Positions 13,422 through 26,403 of a stretch of DNA of 64,000 nt are shown here, in pieces. Origin of the DNA: Marsupella aquatica (Eukaryota; Plantae; Marchantiophyta). A program made the position numbers and the translations under genes. Where the stretch lies: NCBI GenBank assembly GCA_973895155.1, contig OZ316896.1:19084754-19148753 (forward strand), written 5' to 3'. Each line of letters starts with the position of its first letter. Position 1 is the first letter of the stretch. The notes under the pieces are model-generated. The model had not been told where the DNA came from. It ran no database searches and saw nothing but the letters and a program-made list of their open reading frames with translations.

Positions 13422-14381
13422 TGTACCGCTCTGCTTTCTCTGGTTCCGCTCACTTTCCTCTTCTCTATGTGGAGAACGGTTCTCAGCTCAGCTTCAAGAG
13501 TGTGAGAATTCTCACTTCAACTCAAGCTCTTCCGTTACGCTTTGCTGGCGGCTGGCTGACCCTTCTTTCTTGTCCAAGCAGCACTTCAAACCCAATGAGA
13601 CAAAAGCTCCTCTTCCTCACACCCACACTCGCTCTCTGCCTCGTTGCAAAGGTGAATCAAGATATTATCCCCACTCAATCGTAATCTTCACTTCAAGTGG
13701 TCTTCGACAAGTTCGACTCAGTTCCAGTCTTCGAGACTCGCAGACTTCCAGCTGCTGAGTCCACCACGTATCCGGCTTCACGTCCCAAGTACTCAAAACC
13801 ACAATTCCCCCCACAAACTCGGATTCCCTCCACAACCCCAAATTCCCCAACAACTCCCGATCCCCCCAAACCCTCAAATTCTACAAAAACGGCGGCCACT
13901 ATCTACCACTCCCTGCCTGCTGCCCAGCCGTTCCTTCCAAGGACAGGCAGGAAGGCTGAAGCAGAATCCAAGGTACAGCTCAGCTCTTGGCAGCAGGAGG
14001 GAAAGGCAAAGCAAGATAGCAAAGGAGCAGGATTCGAGAGTCCCTCTCTGCAGTAGCTCGCTCGTTCCTTCGCCACTACTCTACAGTAGTAGTACAGGCG
14101 TAGGCTGATTGATGATGATGAGTACTTATTAGAAAATTGAATTCGTTGATGATGGGTACTTATTAGAAAATTGTTTCGTTGCCAGAGTGCAGCAGAATTG
14201 GGAGAGGAGGACCATCCCTTCCTCAGTGCTGCATCATCTTCTACAGCCCACGATCACCCTCCTTGCTAATTTTTTTTTAGTATCTTCATTGCAGGTTGTA
14301 AGCCATAATTCCATGGGTGTGGCCCTTGAACCCCCAAGCCTGTTTATCAATGCATCTCTTATAGACAATATGTATAGGGTA

Positions 14382-14603
14382 ATGCAGGTCTGGGTGCAAG
14401 GTTACTTGGCTGTAACCTTGCGTCCGGAATATGAAAAGAAGCTGACCGGCGGCAGCCGGAAAGCTTCTTTGAATATTCCGGGAGCAGGTTACAATCTATA
14501 ACCCCAGCCCAGACCTGCACTAGCATACGTAACTCCTGCCCGGAAAGAGGTTACCCCAGCCCAGACCTGCACTAGCGTACGTAACTCCTGCCCGGAAAGA
14601 GGT
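14382..14603. repeat. Fold-back (~140-bp imperfect palindrome) plus 52-bp tandem duplication overlapping its right end
   Basis: TGCAGGTCTGGG pairs with CCCAGACCTGCA. GTAACCTTGCGTCCGGAATATGAAAAGAAGCT pairs with AGCTTCTTTGAATATTCCGGGAGCAGGTTAC. ACCCCAGCCCAGACCTGCACTAGC...GAAAGAGGTT occurs twice (~14500-14603). Confidence 0.75.
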
Positions 14604-16859
14604 TATTGGCTCTACTTTTCAGGGCAACAGATTATGACTATAGCAGGCCCCTGTAGAAGTGATTACACACCGGTAACCTCTTCTCCTGACAGGATTTACG
14701 CACATGCAAAACTTCAAATGAGCAGGTACTGTAATTGACATAAATGATGCGTGGTTCACTTCCCTAGAGGTTACCTCCATGAAAATAGACAAGCGGGATG
14801 ACAGGGAAGCTTTAATTTATTGTACTTTAAACCCATCAGGGAAGCTTCATTGTACTCTAAACCCATCGACCATATCAAATATTTAGAGTGTAAATTCTCT
14901 CTATCTCTCAGACATCTCCCTAACAATGAGCATAAGTTCCATGCATGACTAACTTATGCTTTTGCAATAACTGAGTAGCATATCTTACTTTGATCAAGTA
15001 TTTGACTATGGTTAGACTAACTAGGTTAACTCTAACCCAAGAGTTTAGATGCAGTTGACGAAGTTAAATAAAACTAGTCTGACTGCCGGTGCTTTGCTCA
15101 GGGCACCTGTCCTTGCTTCACCTAGAACTTTCCCAACCCAGGCTAGAGTGTAGCTTTGGATAGCACTCAATACTCCATACTCTCTGTGGGGGCCATGAGA
15201 TGTAACATCTTCATGCCAACCACCCTTGGGGTTCACAGCCCATAACACCCTAGTGGAGATGAATTACCCAAACATTTCCCATTCAAATTTACTAGTTGCA
15301 TCTGATCAGGTAATGCCACAATAGAGGATCATGACGAGTCTGCACTTAGAGGGTTTAGGGGTTTATTGTTTATCAGCAAGAAAGTCAATCTTGGGCCATG
15401 CTCATTGTGAGAGCCATTTGAACAATTTTCTGGGTTAATTAGTAAGAAGGACAAAAGTCAGTCTCAAGGCTTTCTACCCCTTACATCTGCCATGAGCTAC
15501 TGACCATGTGAGTAACAACTCGACAAGAACCATTCACATCTCAGTCACATGGACATCTGGCAGGTCATGGGCCAGGTAACAGGCAATAGACCCTACACTC
15601 TAAATAGTAAAGATCATACCACATTCACAATTGGGTTCTCAGAGTTTATTCTTAAAAAGGACAAAACTCAGTCTCACTTGGGTTCTTTGTAGGTACCCAA
15701 GTATAGATGAATTTACCACATTCACACCACATTCACACCACATTCACACCTGGGTTCTCACAAAGAAAAATGGGTCTAGTACCCGTTGGCATAATCCATT
15801 AAATCAGTGGGATGGTATGTATGTATATCATACAGCTTCGTGCAAACAGTTTTGCGTGTGTATATAAACGTGAAATCATGGTAGGTTCACTTCTTGAATT
15901 GGGAAAAGCCACCTCTAATCGAACAGGGGTGAGAGCTTCTTCAAACGAGGATTTGTATTGGATTTGATATTGAGTTTAGAAAATTTCAAACTCCTCGATT
16001 TTCTCTTGTCCTACCTGGACTCACTACCCTCTTCGTATTTTGCATCCTGCGGCCTTATATATGTAGCTTCTTTTAGTGAAGCGGTTTGCTCTGTGAGCTG
16101 AATTTGAGTACTATATTGATTTGTGTAAGCTTAGATTCAGGAACGTACGTACAAATCAGGATAGCTACAACACCTCAGAGAAACTACTGCAAGTAGCATT
16201 TCAGGAGACTAACGTGCTTGTCAACAAGGTGATCGACGGTGTGACATTTGGAGCTCCGGACAACTTTTGCTCTCACGAGATACCCATAGCAGCCCACTAG
16301 CCAAAATGTGGGGAATTCCCTGACTTTGGTGTACCCACGTGTGTTGCAATCTTCTGGTGAGTGACTTGCCGTCCAGAATTGGTCATCGCGGATCGGAAGA
16401 AGTTCCGGACTTTCGGAGGAGCCTTAGATCCTGGGACGCACTTATCCTTCGATTAATGTAAGAGATCTTGCCTGATGAGTTGTTGTAATCGCCTCGCTCA
16501 GCAGGATGCCCGTTCTTCAAGAGGTACTTGAATATGATAATGAGAATGATTGAGCTGTGATATACATTACAGGGTGAGATTTGCAAGTCGCCATCAGGAG
16601 GACGAAATTAGGACGTGAATTGGGCTTCCAGGTAGGAGAGCAATGCTCATATTGAAGTATATAAAGTTTCGTCGGCCTTGATGTTTACAGAGCCAGCCAG
16701 TCTATTTCGCGTCATTCTTTATGCTCGACGACGCGTGATCGAGCTCATCAGCGAGAACTTGCATTCCTGGTACGTACGTAAGAAGCCGGCGAACGTTTGT
16801 GCAGAAGGGATTTCTTACCTGAATCATCTGATTGACAATTGCCGTGGATCCGCAAAAAC

Positions 16860-17918
16860 ATGGCGTTCATAAGCAATATGGTAAAGCTAACGATGCTCCT
16901 GGCAAGCGTGAGCTATGCAGCATCAGCGCTCGTAGAGCTGCAGGCTCGTCCGGGACGACATGTTAGCCAGAACGATGCGGAAACCAATAAAGGTGTTAGT
17001 TGCATGGAGCAGCTGGAAGAGCTCATGCCATGTATGGACGCGGTGCAATCTCCAGAATTTCCACCCGTGCCGTCCGACATGTGCTGCTTTGCAGTGCAGA
17101 ATGTGAATGCGACGTGCGTTTGCAAAGCGCTGTCGAAACTTTCGCCTGGCGATCTCTCAGGTTTGAATGTCCGGTCGGCTCTGTATTTGCCAAGGGAATG
17201 CGGCGTTTACGTTCCTCCAAACACGACGTGTGCAGGTCTGTTCTCCCTCTCTATCGGTGAATCAATAAAGTTATATCATATTCAAGAGGAATTTCAGTCT
17301 CTTCTGTTCCAGAATAGAGCTCGATCACAGGTAGGACATTTCCGATGCCATCTACACTCCTAGATCCCTGTTAAAGCTTCGACAGTTATGTGATTGTTGC
17401 TTTCCAGCAATGTTGGTCATCCACGAGTTCCCTGTCAAAATCTTGATTGCTTCATACGTCATAGATGATAGCCACGCATACATCGCCACCACGGGATCGT
17501 TAGTGTCTGAATGTCAAGCTTGAACAGAAGCACAGGTGTGAAGATATACCGCCAACCTTCTACCAGGAAAACCGTGATCGAACACAACTTTAGCAACCTT
17601 TACGTACGTACCTTCCTGATTGTGAGAAGAGCTGCAGGTAGCGGCTAATCATCGCGAACTTTCGACCTCACCCTGGTACCGATTTTATAGACGAAATTTG
17701 AGCTAACAATATTTAGAGCAAAAGGTTCTCCAGTAGGAGGTTAGTCAATTACAGTCCCCTTGAGGTGCTGATGTCGTTGTTCAAGATGCGCGAGTTGTGT
17801 CGCAGGTTACCGTATTCATGCGAATATATCACCATATATCATGTTGCTGATACATTTGTTGCACATGTGCGTGAGTTGTTTCGCAGGTTACACCTTGCCT
17901 GAGAATCCTGGTCGATAA
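16860..17918 (+). CDS. Non-specific lipid-transfer protein (8-cysteine motif), 2 exons
   Basis: Signal peptide followed by C-C-CC-CxC-C-C (SCMEQLEELMPC...DMCC...CVC...RECG...TTCA). Donor after 17235; acceptor at 17887 gives GYTLPENPGR*, a typical short last exon after Cys8. Confidence 0.85.
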
Positions 17919-18616
17919 TTTCGGCAGGAGAGGAGGACCTTCTCTCAGTTTCAACAACGTGTCTACCGTTCTATATGCATGGGGTAATAACAGAAGAGTC
18001 TACTTCTGATGATGTAGCTACACTTCACTGATCGATCGAGCATTTCGAGAAGTGGCATTAGTTGACTCTGATACAGACGTACTGCTAGCTTGCCAGGTGA
18101 GCGTACTGCTCGATGACCAGTCAGATCTAGAATCCGTGTGTCGGTATTCAACCATACATCGTGAGCCAGTTATCTGGCTGATCTAGCTATAGGTCATTAT
18201 TTATCATTTATTTACAAAAATGCTTCCAGTTGAACAAGTCCTGGTATTACAGAAGGAGTATTGAATTATCGGCAATTCTGCACACATACGTACGTCTGGC
18301 AATGAAACTTTTGACAGGAGATAGTTAGATGAACTACTCGAAGTACAGGCCGAAATTAGTTCTTAGCCTATTGAACATTAAACTGGGCTTTAAACAGTAA
18401 ATCTGGGTGCATAAAATGTCATTGTTTGAATTTTCGAGAGTACTAAGTAACAGCAGTGTTGCTTTTTAGTTGGTATGACTACGTCCTGTTGTGAACTCGA
18501 CACTAATAACGATCACTGTCGATCGATAACTCGTGTTGACAATATTCATTCTCATATGTCACATGGCACGCAAATGAGATCGTAAATGACAACAAAATCT
18601 CAAACTGTTTAGGGCA

Positions 18617-18747
18617 ATCTTCAAAACTCATCAAAATTTGGAACATTCGCGCGAAAATGGTAACAATCAGGGCACCGTTGACAATCTTCAAAACTCATCA
18701 AAATTTGGAACATTCGCGCGAACAATGGTAACAATCAGGGCACCGTT
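18617..18747. repeat. Tandem duplication, ~66-bp unit
   Basis: AATCTTCAAAACTCATCAAAATTTGGAACATTCGCGCGAA...GGGCACCGTT occurs twice. Confidence 0.85.
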
Positions 18748-21700
18748 ACGCGGATTTGGCAGTCAGGTACCAACGAACACATCACGTTCCCGAAGAACAA
18801 GCTCACGAGAATGGTCTGCCTCTATTCTGGTCCTCGGCAACTGTTCAATCTTTCCCTCGGATTGTGCTCGTAGAAAGTTCACCAAATCGTACCGAGAGAC
18901 ATAAGATTTATCTTCTTCGAATTCGAAAGATGTTTCGAATCGTTGAATGGCCAGGTTCTCCACCTTTCACTCTTATCGTCGTTGATTTAATCTCACAAGT
19001 GAGTGCGTGCAGAGTAGGCCGATGGAGAAGATCTATCGATCCCATCAGCCTGCCGTATCGTTGTTTGTGCTCGATCATTGCCGAGACGTCCACCTGGCTC
19101 ATGTTGAGTGCACCATGAGCCCAATCGCAAGAACAACTTTGCGGAGGTCAGATAACGTACTGTAGGTAAATTTGCTCGACTCTTGAAGTCCAATCTCCCA
19201 ATCCTGTTCCCATATAAGGTCAACAGCATTTTGTCATTTACGTGAACCCAAGGAAACAGCCTATATTCGAGCAATGTCACGGCCAATCAATGGACCGGTG
19301 TCACTGTTCCCAAAATCTACAATCATAGATCGAATTCCATCGACAGTGCTCAAAATTGGGGTGTCAAACTAAAGTTGCTCGTTCGAAGCCGTTCGAGTCC
19401 CCCAAATCGCTGTGCGGTGACTACAGGTGCTTCCGTGTACTAAGCATTTAGCAGATCCGAACATAAAAGCTCATACAAGTCTGCAATTATCGCCCTCATC
19501 GAGTAAGCTTTTGAGCAGGTTGACGAATACCATTGGAACCAGAGATTTGGCGTTTTGATTATAACGCTTCCGTGCGATTGTCGATCCTTCTCAGGACTGT
19601 CATTTCCTTTCTCCATCGCAGCCATGCCGGTCATCGAGAACCGTATGCGCACAGCATGAGACGCCACCCTTTGTTCAGCCCACAGTAGATTTGGACATAG
19701 CCAGTTGCACATTCTCGATTAGCATAGACAATTTGCAGAGGGGCAACGTGCAGCTGTGGCACCATTATTTAGACTTGAGATTTACTGAGGAGTCTCAAGC
19801 CTGCTCTTCAGATTTTACTTTAGTTCAGCTACTGGGGAAGTTTCTTTCCTTGACCGTGATCAAAACCCACGTTTCCTCCAAACTTGACCAGGGTTGTAGT
19901 TTTGAGATGGGTCTATCACACCCAAGCACTGGTCTATCCCAGCAAACTTGCTCATTTTTTTGAAGGGTGCTGAGTACTATATATTCGTGAAGCACCGAAC
20001 TGCCTGAGTTAGTAGACATGTTTTAATGGTGGCCTGGCCCACAGCATTCTGGTTACGCAAATCATCCGTCCAACAGTGGTTTGAGATGCCATATATGATT
20101 ATTACATTGCCAATCTTTCTTGTGACTCTTTTTAATTTGAAGGAGCCATTCTGAGATCTATTGCATTGCTACTCCTCTTTTATTCGTTTTAGTCAATTTA
20201 TTAATTTTGCTACTAGTTACTTAAACTAAGTCTACTTAGATTAGAATGATACATCAATCAATATCCAGCCAGTTTTTATCATTGGCCGGGCATCACCATA
20301 CTCAACTTAACCTCAACATGCTCGCCTACCTACAACCAGGGGGAATAGGGGAGTGGGGCAGCCAACTAGGAGGAGGGGCAGAGAGGGTTGGGCATGAGCA
20401 AAATAAGAGACCCAACCCTATGTTAAGAGTGTTGTAATGTAATTAGGGTAGACTACATGGATGACCATCTGATACTGAAACCTGGTTGGTTGGATTGCTT
20501 GAAGTCAAGTTAATTACTCTGCCAAACCACTACTCGAAAAAGATGGCAAAATAATAAGAAAACTAAAAAGAATCAATGGCAAAATATGTACTCAGACAAA
20601 GACTGGCAATGTGATAAATCTCTGTCAGTTCTCTATCAACTCTGATCAGATGCTTCTTGTCTGTTTAGGGATTTACTCTTCTCAGATGTAATAAACACTG
20701 GATTATGTTTCCATCTATCCAACACTGAACATGTGTCCGAAAGCTACAGTAGTAGGAGCATTTGGTAGAGTATGTGCATTTGCTGAATTTCGAACCACAA
20801 TTCATAATACTAGCATGATTACCTGTTCCTTGAACATAAATAGAATTGAAAACAAAAAAAATGAAAAATAAAATAAAATCTACACTCTTTTGGGTTATCT
20901 TTGCATACCTAATTTTTTGTGCACCTTTTAGATTTGCCTTATTCATAGTCAATATGTAATTTGTCCTTATTTGAGTTAGACACTAGCTTCTGTTTGTGAT
21001 TATATAGTAAGATACCTGGCGAGTGACCATAATAGGCTTTATCAATAGCATGCAATAAATTCCAAATCTACCTCTCCAACAACAACAAACGACTGAGGAT
21101 AAGGTCCCCATCCAATCGTACAACACAAAAGATTGCACATGCTCCCAAGAAAAGGTTAAAAAATCAGTGAGCAAATAACACTCCAGTATTCCCTTTGTGG
21201 ACTCGTCTATGGATGGCCAAAGAGGCAAGAACAGAAAAGTTTGGGAAAAGAAACTCGCCGGAAGTCTTAGATTGTACTCCGCAAATACTAGAAAGGGGCA
21301 AATCAAGGACCACGCCCAGTTGCTAGGCCTTGCGTGTCCATCAAAGAGGGAAAATGCAAACCCCAAAACCTAGCAAATTAAAAATGTCTCCCCACTTGCT
21401 GATAGAATGTATGGACCCAACATGTACAGTATTTTAACTGTGTAGGCTACGATCCCCTATAAGTTGACATTCTGTTTTGGGGCCCATTTTCAGGCCCATT
21501 GTCAGGCCCCACCAAATCCTAACTTTAGTTCAGCCAGTACAACGTTGCCAAAGAAAAAACTATCTTTTTATTTGATTGATTACAAAAGTAGGTATCTCTA
21601 ATTCGTACATCTTGTACATTTCCTGGTCTACTGATGAACTGACTGGTTTGATTACTTTCAAGTTTTTATAGTAACCCATCCCCAAACTGGTTAAAATTAC

Positions 21701-22519
21701 TACTCTGCCCACCAAAACAATTTACTTCTCCAAGTTTGGACTTAACAGGGTCCCTTTGGCATCTCCTGGACTTAAGAGGACCCCAAGATCCCATGGGGAC
21801 TTAACAGGGCCATTGTGACAGCCCACCGTGGTGCTGGTTGTTATCCGGTGCTTGTGAGAGTCCCCCATATATTGAGATATAAGGATACCACCTCACCACA
21901 CAGTAGAGCATAGTAGGGTCCAGAATAGAATTGCATACTCTGAAATTCCATTACCACTGAAATTTGATCAGTCCGCTGCAATTCACGTTCGAGGGCACTC
22001 CCCAAAGCTTCCCTTGCCACCACACAAGAATGATAGCCTTTCCTGCCCACTAAAAGTCCAAATTTTCCTGAGTTCCAACTAATTGAACACACCTCAATAA
22101 ATCATAATGTACCTTAGAGCTGGGAAATCAGCTTCTGCTAACATTCTGGAATTTTCACAACTGCACCATAGCAGACCTCAAGTAGAGCAAGGAAGTGTGT
22201 CCTTCAATTTCAAACCAAGAATTGAAACCATAAGGTACGACCGTGGAAGACACTAGTGCTTCAGTCACTGAGTAAATGAGCGCAATAAGCCTGTTGGCCA
22301 CAATGCAGTACTGTCGTTCACAATGCTATGCAATGTAAAGAAGGAGCACACTGCCCAAACTCCTCCTTTGGCTCACAAAAAACAGGGCTCTCGACTCTCC
22401 CTCCCAGATGCTCACACATTCAACATTCAACTCTCCTTCCCTAAACCCTTCCGCCAAGCACTTCCGCTAAACGGGCACGTAAAGTCTACTGCACTTGCCC
22501 AACTGTGAAACACTCACTC

Positions 22520-22940
22520 TGTTGAGCATAGACGACGATCGCAACGGTAAGCCCATGAACCATCCAACGCACAATAGTCGACACAAGAGATACGTGGTTC
22601 ACCTCCTTGAGGCTACGTCCACGGGAACACACAAGAGAGCTTTACTGAACTCTAAGCCCGTCGGCTATACCGAGTCTCCACAGTGTAAGCTCTCCCTATC
22701 TCTCAAGTGGCTCCATAACAATGAGCCTTGGTTCTACCTCTCCAAGCACACATGTCTCTTATGATATAGTGTGCAACTTAGTTGTACCTAACCACATAGT
22801 TGTACCTAATCACGTAGTTGTACCTAACCACATAGTTGTACCTAATCACGTAGTTGTATCTAACCACGTTGTTGTACCAACCCACGTTGTTGTACCAACC
22901 ACGTCATACCTAACCTAGACGTAAGAGTAAATACCCAACA
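22520..22940 (-). repeat. Copia 3' LTR with internal 18-bp tandem array
   Basis: Direct repeat of 28587-29007; about seven units of (G/A)TAGTTGTACCTAA(C/T)CAC at ~22778-22901. Confidence 0.97.
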
Positions 22941-23130
22941 ATCTTCCCCTTGACTCTGGTCTAGGGGAGAGTAATACTGCCAATGTATATGATCCCTCAG
23001 CGGGAAGTTCTGGACAAAAACCAAACCGGTTTCCCTCTCTAACTAGAGCAAACCAGAACTAAACCGTAGCCTAATACATAGGAATGAGGAAGAACATATA
23101 TCAGTAATTACAATGAATGTTAAGAAAACT

Positions 23131-26100
23131 CTACTTGTGATGCAATTGCAAAACCTGCAATACGTCACGGTGTCTAGAGAAACTCTCCAAAGGAATCACT
23201 TTGGTAAATGCGTCAGCCGGGTTGAGTTTACCATCAATCTTGACTAGCTCAAACAAATTATCAGACACAGCCTGCCTGATAAAATGGTACCTAACATCAA
23301 TGTGCTTCACTCTGCTGTCCATCACCTGGTTCACAGCAAGGTGGAGCGCACTTTGACTATCACAATGGAGCTTCACATTCCCCTGTGGCAATCCCATTTC
23401 AGTGATAAGTCTATCCAACCAAATCGCTTCCTTTGCTGCTTCCGCAGCTGCAACATACTCCGCTTCTGTAGTAGACTGAGCAATACACTTCTGCAAAGTA
23501 GACCTCCAACTTATGCATCCACCGCCAAGTGTGAACACGTATCCTGTTGTTGATCTCCTTCGGTCCAAATCTTGTCCATAGTCAGAATCAACATAGCCAA
23601 TCAATGATTTAGCATTCTTTGCATTCGCATCAAATAAAAGACCATGATCCACGGTACCCTTCAAGTACCTGATAATCCACTTCACTGCTTCCCAGTCTAC
23701 CTTCCTTGGATTCGACATGTACCTGCTCACCTTGCCCATAGCCATGGCAAGATCAGGTCTAGTGCAAGTCATCAAATACATGAGACTCCCCACTGCCTTG
23801 TCATACGGAACCTTTGACATCAACCCCTTCTCTGTGTCATCCGTAGGACAGAACGCTGATGATAACTTGAAGTGTGGAGCCAACGGGGTACTTACTGGCT
23901 TGCTATTCCCCATGTTGAACCTTGCAATTACCTTCCTCGCATAACTGCTCTGCGTCAACCATAGCTTGCCAGCCTCCAAGTCCCTAGTGATCTCCATACC
24001 CAAAATCCTCTTAGCTGGCCCTAAGTCCTTCATCTTAAACTCTGCACTAAGCAGTGCCTTGAGCTTAACAATCTCAGACCTATCCTTGGCTGCAATTAGC
24101 ATATCATCCACATAAAGTACTAAAACAATGAACCCAAAGACAACATTCTTTACCGGTTTCAAATACACACAAGGGTCAAATACACTTCTGTGAAAACCTT
24201 GTGACCGAATCCAATCGTCAAACCGCTTGTTCCACTGTCTTGGTGACTGCTTCAACCCATACAAGGATTTCAGCAATCTGCAAACCAATTCCTCCTGTCC
24301 TCTCTTCACAAAACCTAGCGGTTGTCTCATGAAGATCACCTCTTCCAATGTGCCATAGAGGAAAGCTGTGACAACATCAATCTGATCTAGCAGCAGACCA
24401 AACATTACAACAAGTACACACAATAGTCGTATTGTAGAGTACTTAGCAACTGGTGAGAAGACCTCATTGTAATCCACACCTTTCTCTTGTGTGAATCCCT
24501 TTGCTACCAATCTAGCCTTGTAGACCTTCGATCCACCTCCTATGGAATTATCCTTCAGCTTGTAAATCCACTTGCTGTCCACCACTTGCTGACCCTTAGG
24601 CAGCTTAACAAGCTCCCAAGTTTTGTTGTCCTTTAGTGACTGCATCTCCGTTTGCATTGCTGCAGTCCACTTCTGCTTCTCCTTTGAAGCACTTGCCTCA
24701 TGAAATGAAGAAGGTTCCCATTCTTCCAAAATTAACGCATCACCCTCATCATCAGCTGTAAAATCATCCTCTTGCAGTTGAGATGAATCAACCCACTGTC
24801 CATACCTTGGTGGAACGCGTACAGTGCAACCAGATGTTCTTCTAGCCGATGACTCCGGTTGATCTGCGTGTGCTGGTACAATTTTAAGCTCAACAGCATC
24901 CACTTGCTGCTCACCAGCATCAACAAACTCCTCTGGTTCCTCTGGCACAGGAACCAGCTCCATAATTGGAGCAACTCCTTCTCTCCGGTCATGCACCTCA
25001 TAACCAATCTCCCCCTCAACGAGATCCGGGATAGGAGATTTTCCTTTGTCAGTATGGGAGACCTGAGTATTCTCCCCCTCCTTCAATAATCTGGATTCAT
25101 TGAAGGAAACATCCCTACTGACAACGAGCTTACAGGCAATAGGATCCCATAGCCTATAGGCTTTCACACCACTCTGGTACCCAAGAAAAACACATTTCCT
25201 GGAGGTAGGATCCAACTTGGTCCTATTCTGCTTCGGTGTGAGAGCATATGCATCACTTCCAAAAACTACCAAGCCATGATAGTCTGCTTGCCGCTTATAG
25301 CGCATCTCAAACGGCGTTTTGAAATTGATAGCACTAGAAGGAGAAAGATTTACCAAATAAGTTGCGGTATTGACAGCTTCTGCCCAAAATTCTTGTGGTA
25401 AACCTGATTGGCTCAACATACTCCATGACCGCTCCAACAGTGTCCGATTGAGCCTCTCAGCGACACCATTCTGCTGCGGAGTATAAACTGTGGTGAGATG
25501 GCGAGTTATCCCCTGTTCTGAACAGTACTCTTCAAATTCCATTGAAGTGTACTCCCCGACGTTGTCTGACCTCAGACTCTTCACCCTTGTATCCAAACAC
25601 TTGATCGTGTTTCCAGTCTGATTCTCCACCTGGGCCTTCCACTACTTAAAAATGGACAAGACATCAGACTTATGCGTCATGAAATAAATCCACACAAATC
25701 TTGAGTAATCATCAATAAATGATACATAGTACAACTTTCCAGAGTGTGAGGGAGTCGGGGATGGACCCCACACGTCACTATGTATGTACTCAAGAACCGC
25801 TTTGGAACGATGAGTTCCAACACCAAAAGCACGACGATGCTGCTTTCCAAGAATGCAATGCTCACAAAACTCTAATTTACAAGATTGCAAATCAGAAATG
25901 AGTCCATTCTTCCGTAAGATAGCCAAACCCTTCTCACTCATGTGGCCTAGCCGTGAATGCCACAGTTGAGTCATCTCCTCGTGAGACTTGGTTACATTGG
26001 CCTCTCCACATATAGTATTGCCCTGTAACACATACAAATTCTTTTGTCTACTCCCCTTCAAAATCACTGTCTCTCCCGACCTGACTTGAAGTTCACCATC

Positions 26101-26403
26101 AATAACGCTCCATTGATGACCATTTGAATCCAACACACCGAGTGAAATCAGATTTTTACGCATGCCAGGTACATACCTGACTCCGGACACTGTGCGCACA
26201 GCGCCATCAAACATTTGAATCTTCACAGACCCAATTCCCTCAATTTGACAGGAGTGATCATTTCCCATCAGAACTGAACCGTTTGAAACAGAGTAAGAAC
26301 TAAAAAACTCACGAATGTAACAAATATGAAAAGAGCAAGCACAATCAAGAATCCACACATCATCTGCTCTCCTAGATGACGTGCACAGGGCATACCCCCG
26401 ACT
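23131..26403 (-). pseudogene. pol: Copia Pol (protease, integrase, RT, RNase H) with one in-frame TAG
   Basis: WILDCACSFH (PR), WHSRLGH..CEHC and HSDVWGP, TPQQNGVAER (IN), YKARLVAKG and LYVDDML (RT), STTEAEY and KHIDVRYHF (RH). A TAG at 25644-25642 separates two same-frame ORFs. Confidence 0.93.

Noticed and set aside
13096-13758. 220-aa plus-strand ORF
   Set aside because: Antisense shadow of the low-complexity first exon of the SelH-like gene.
14108-14182. Box C/D snoRNA (ATGATGA motifs)
   Set aside because: Explained by a ~35-bp tandem duplication; no matching D box or terminal stem.
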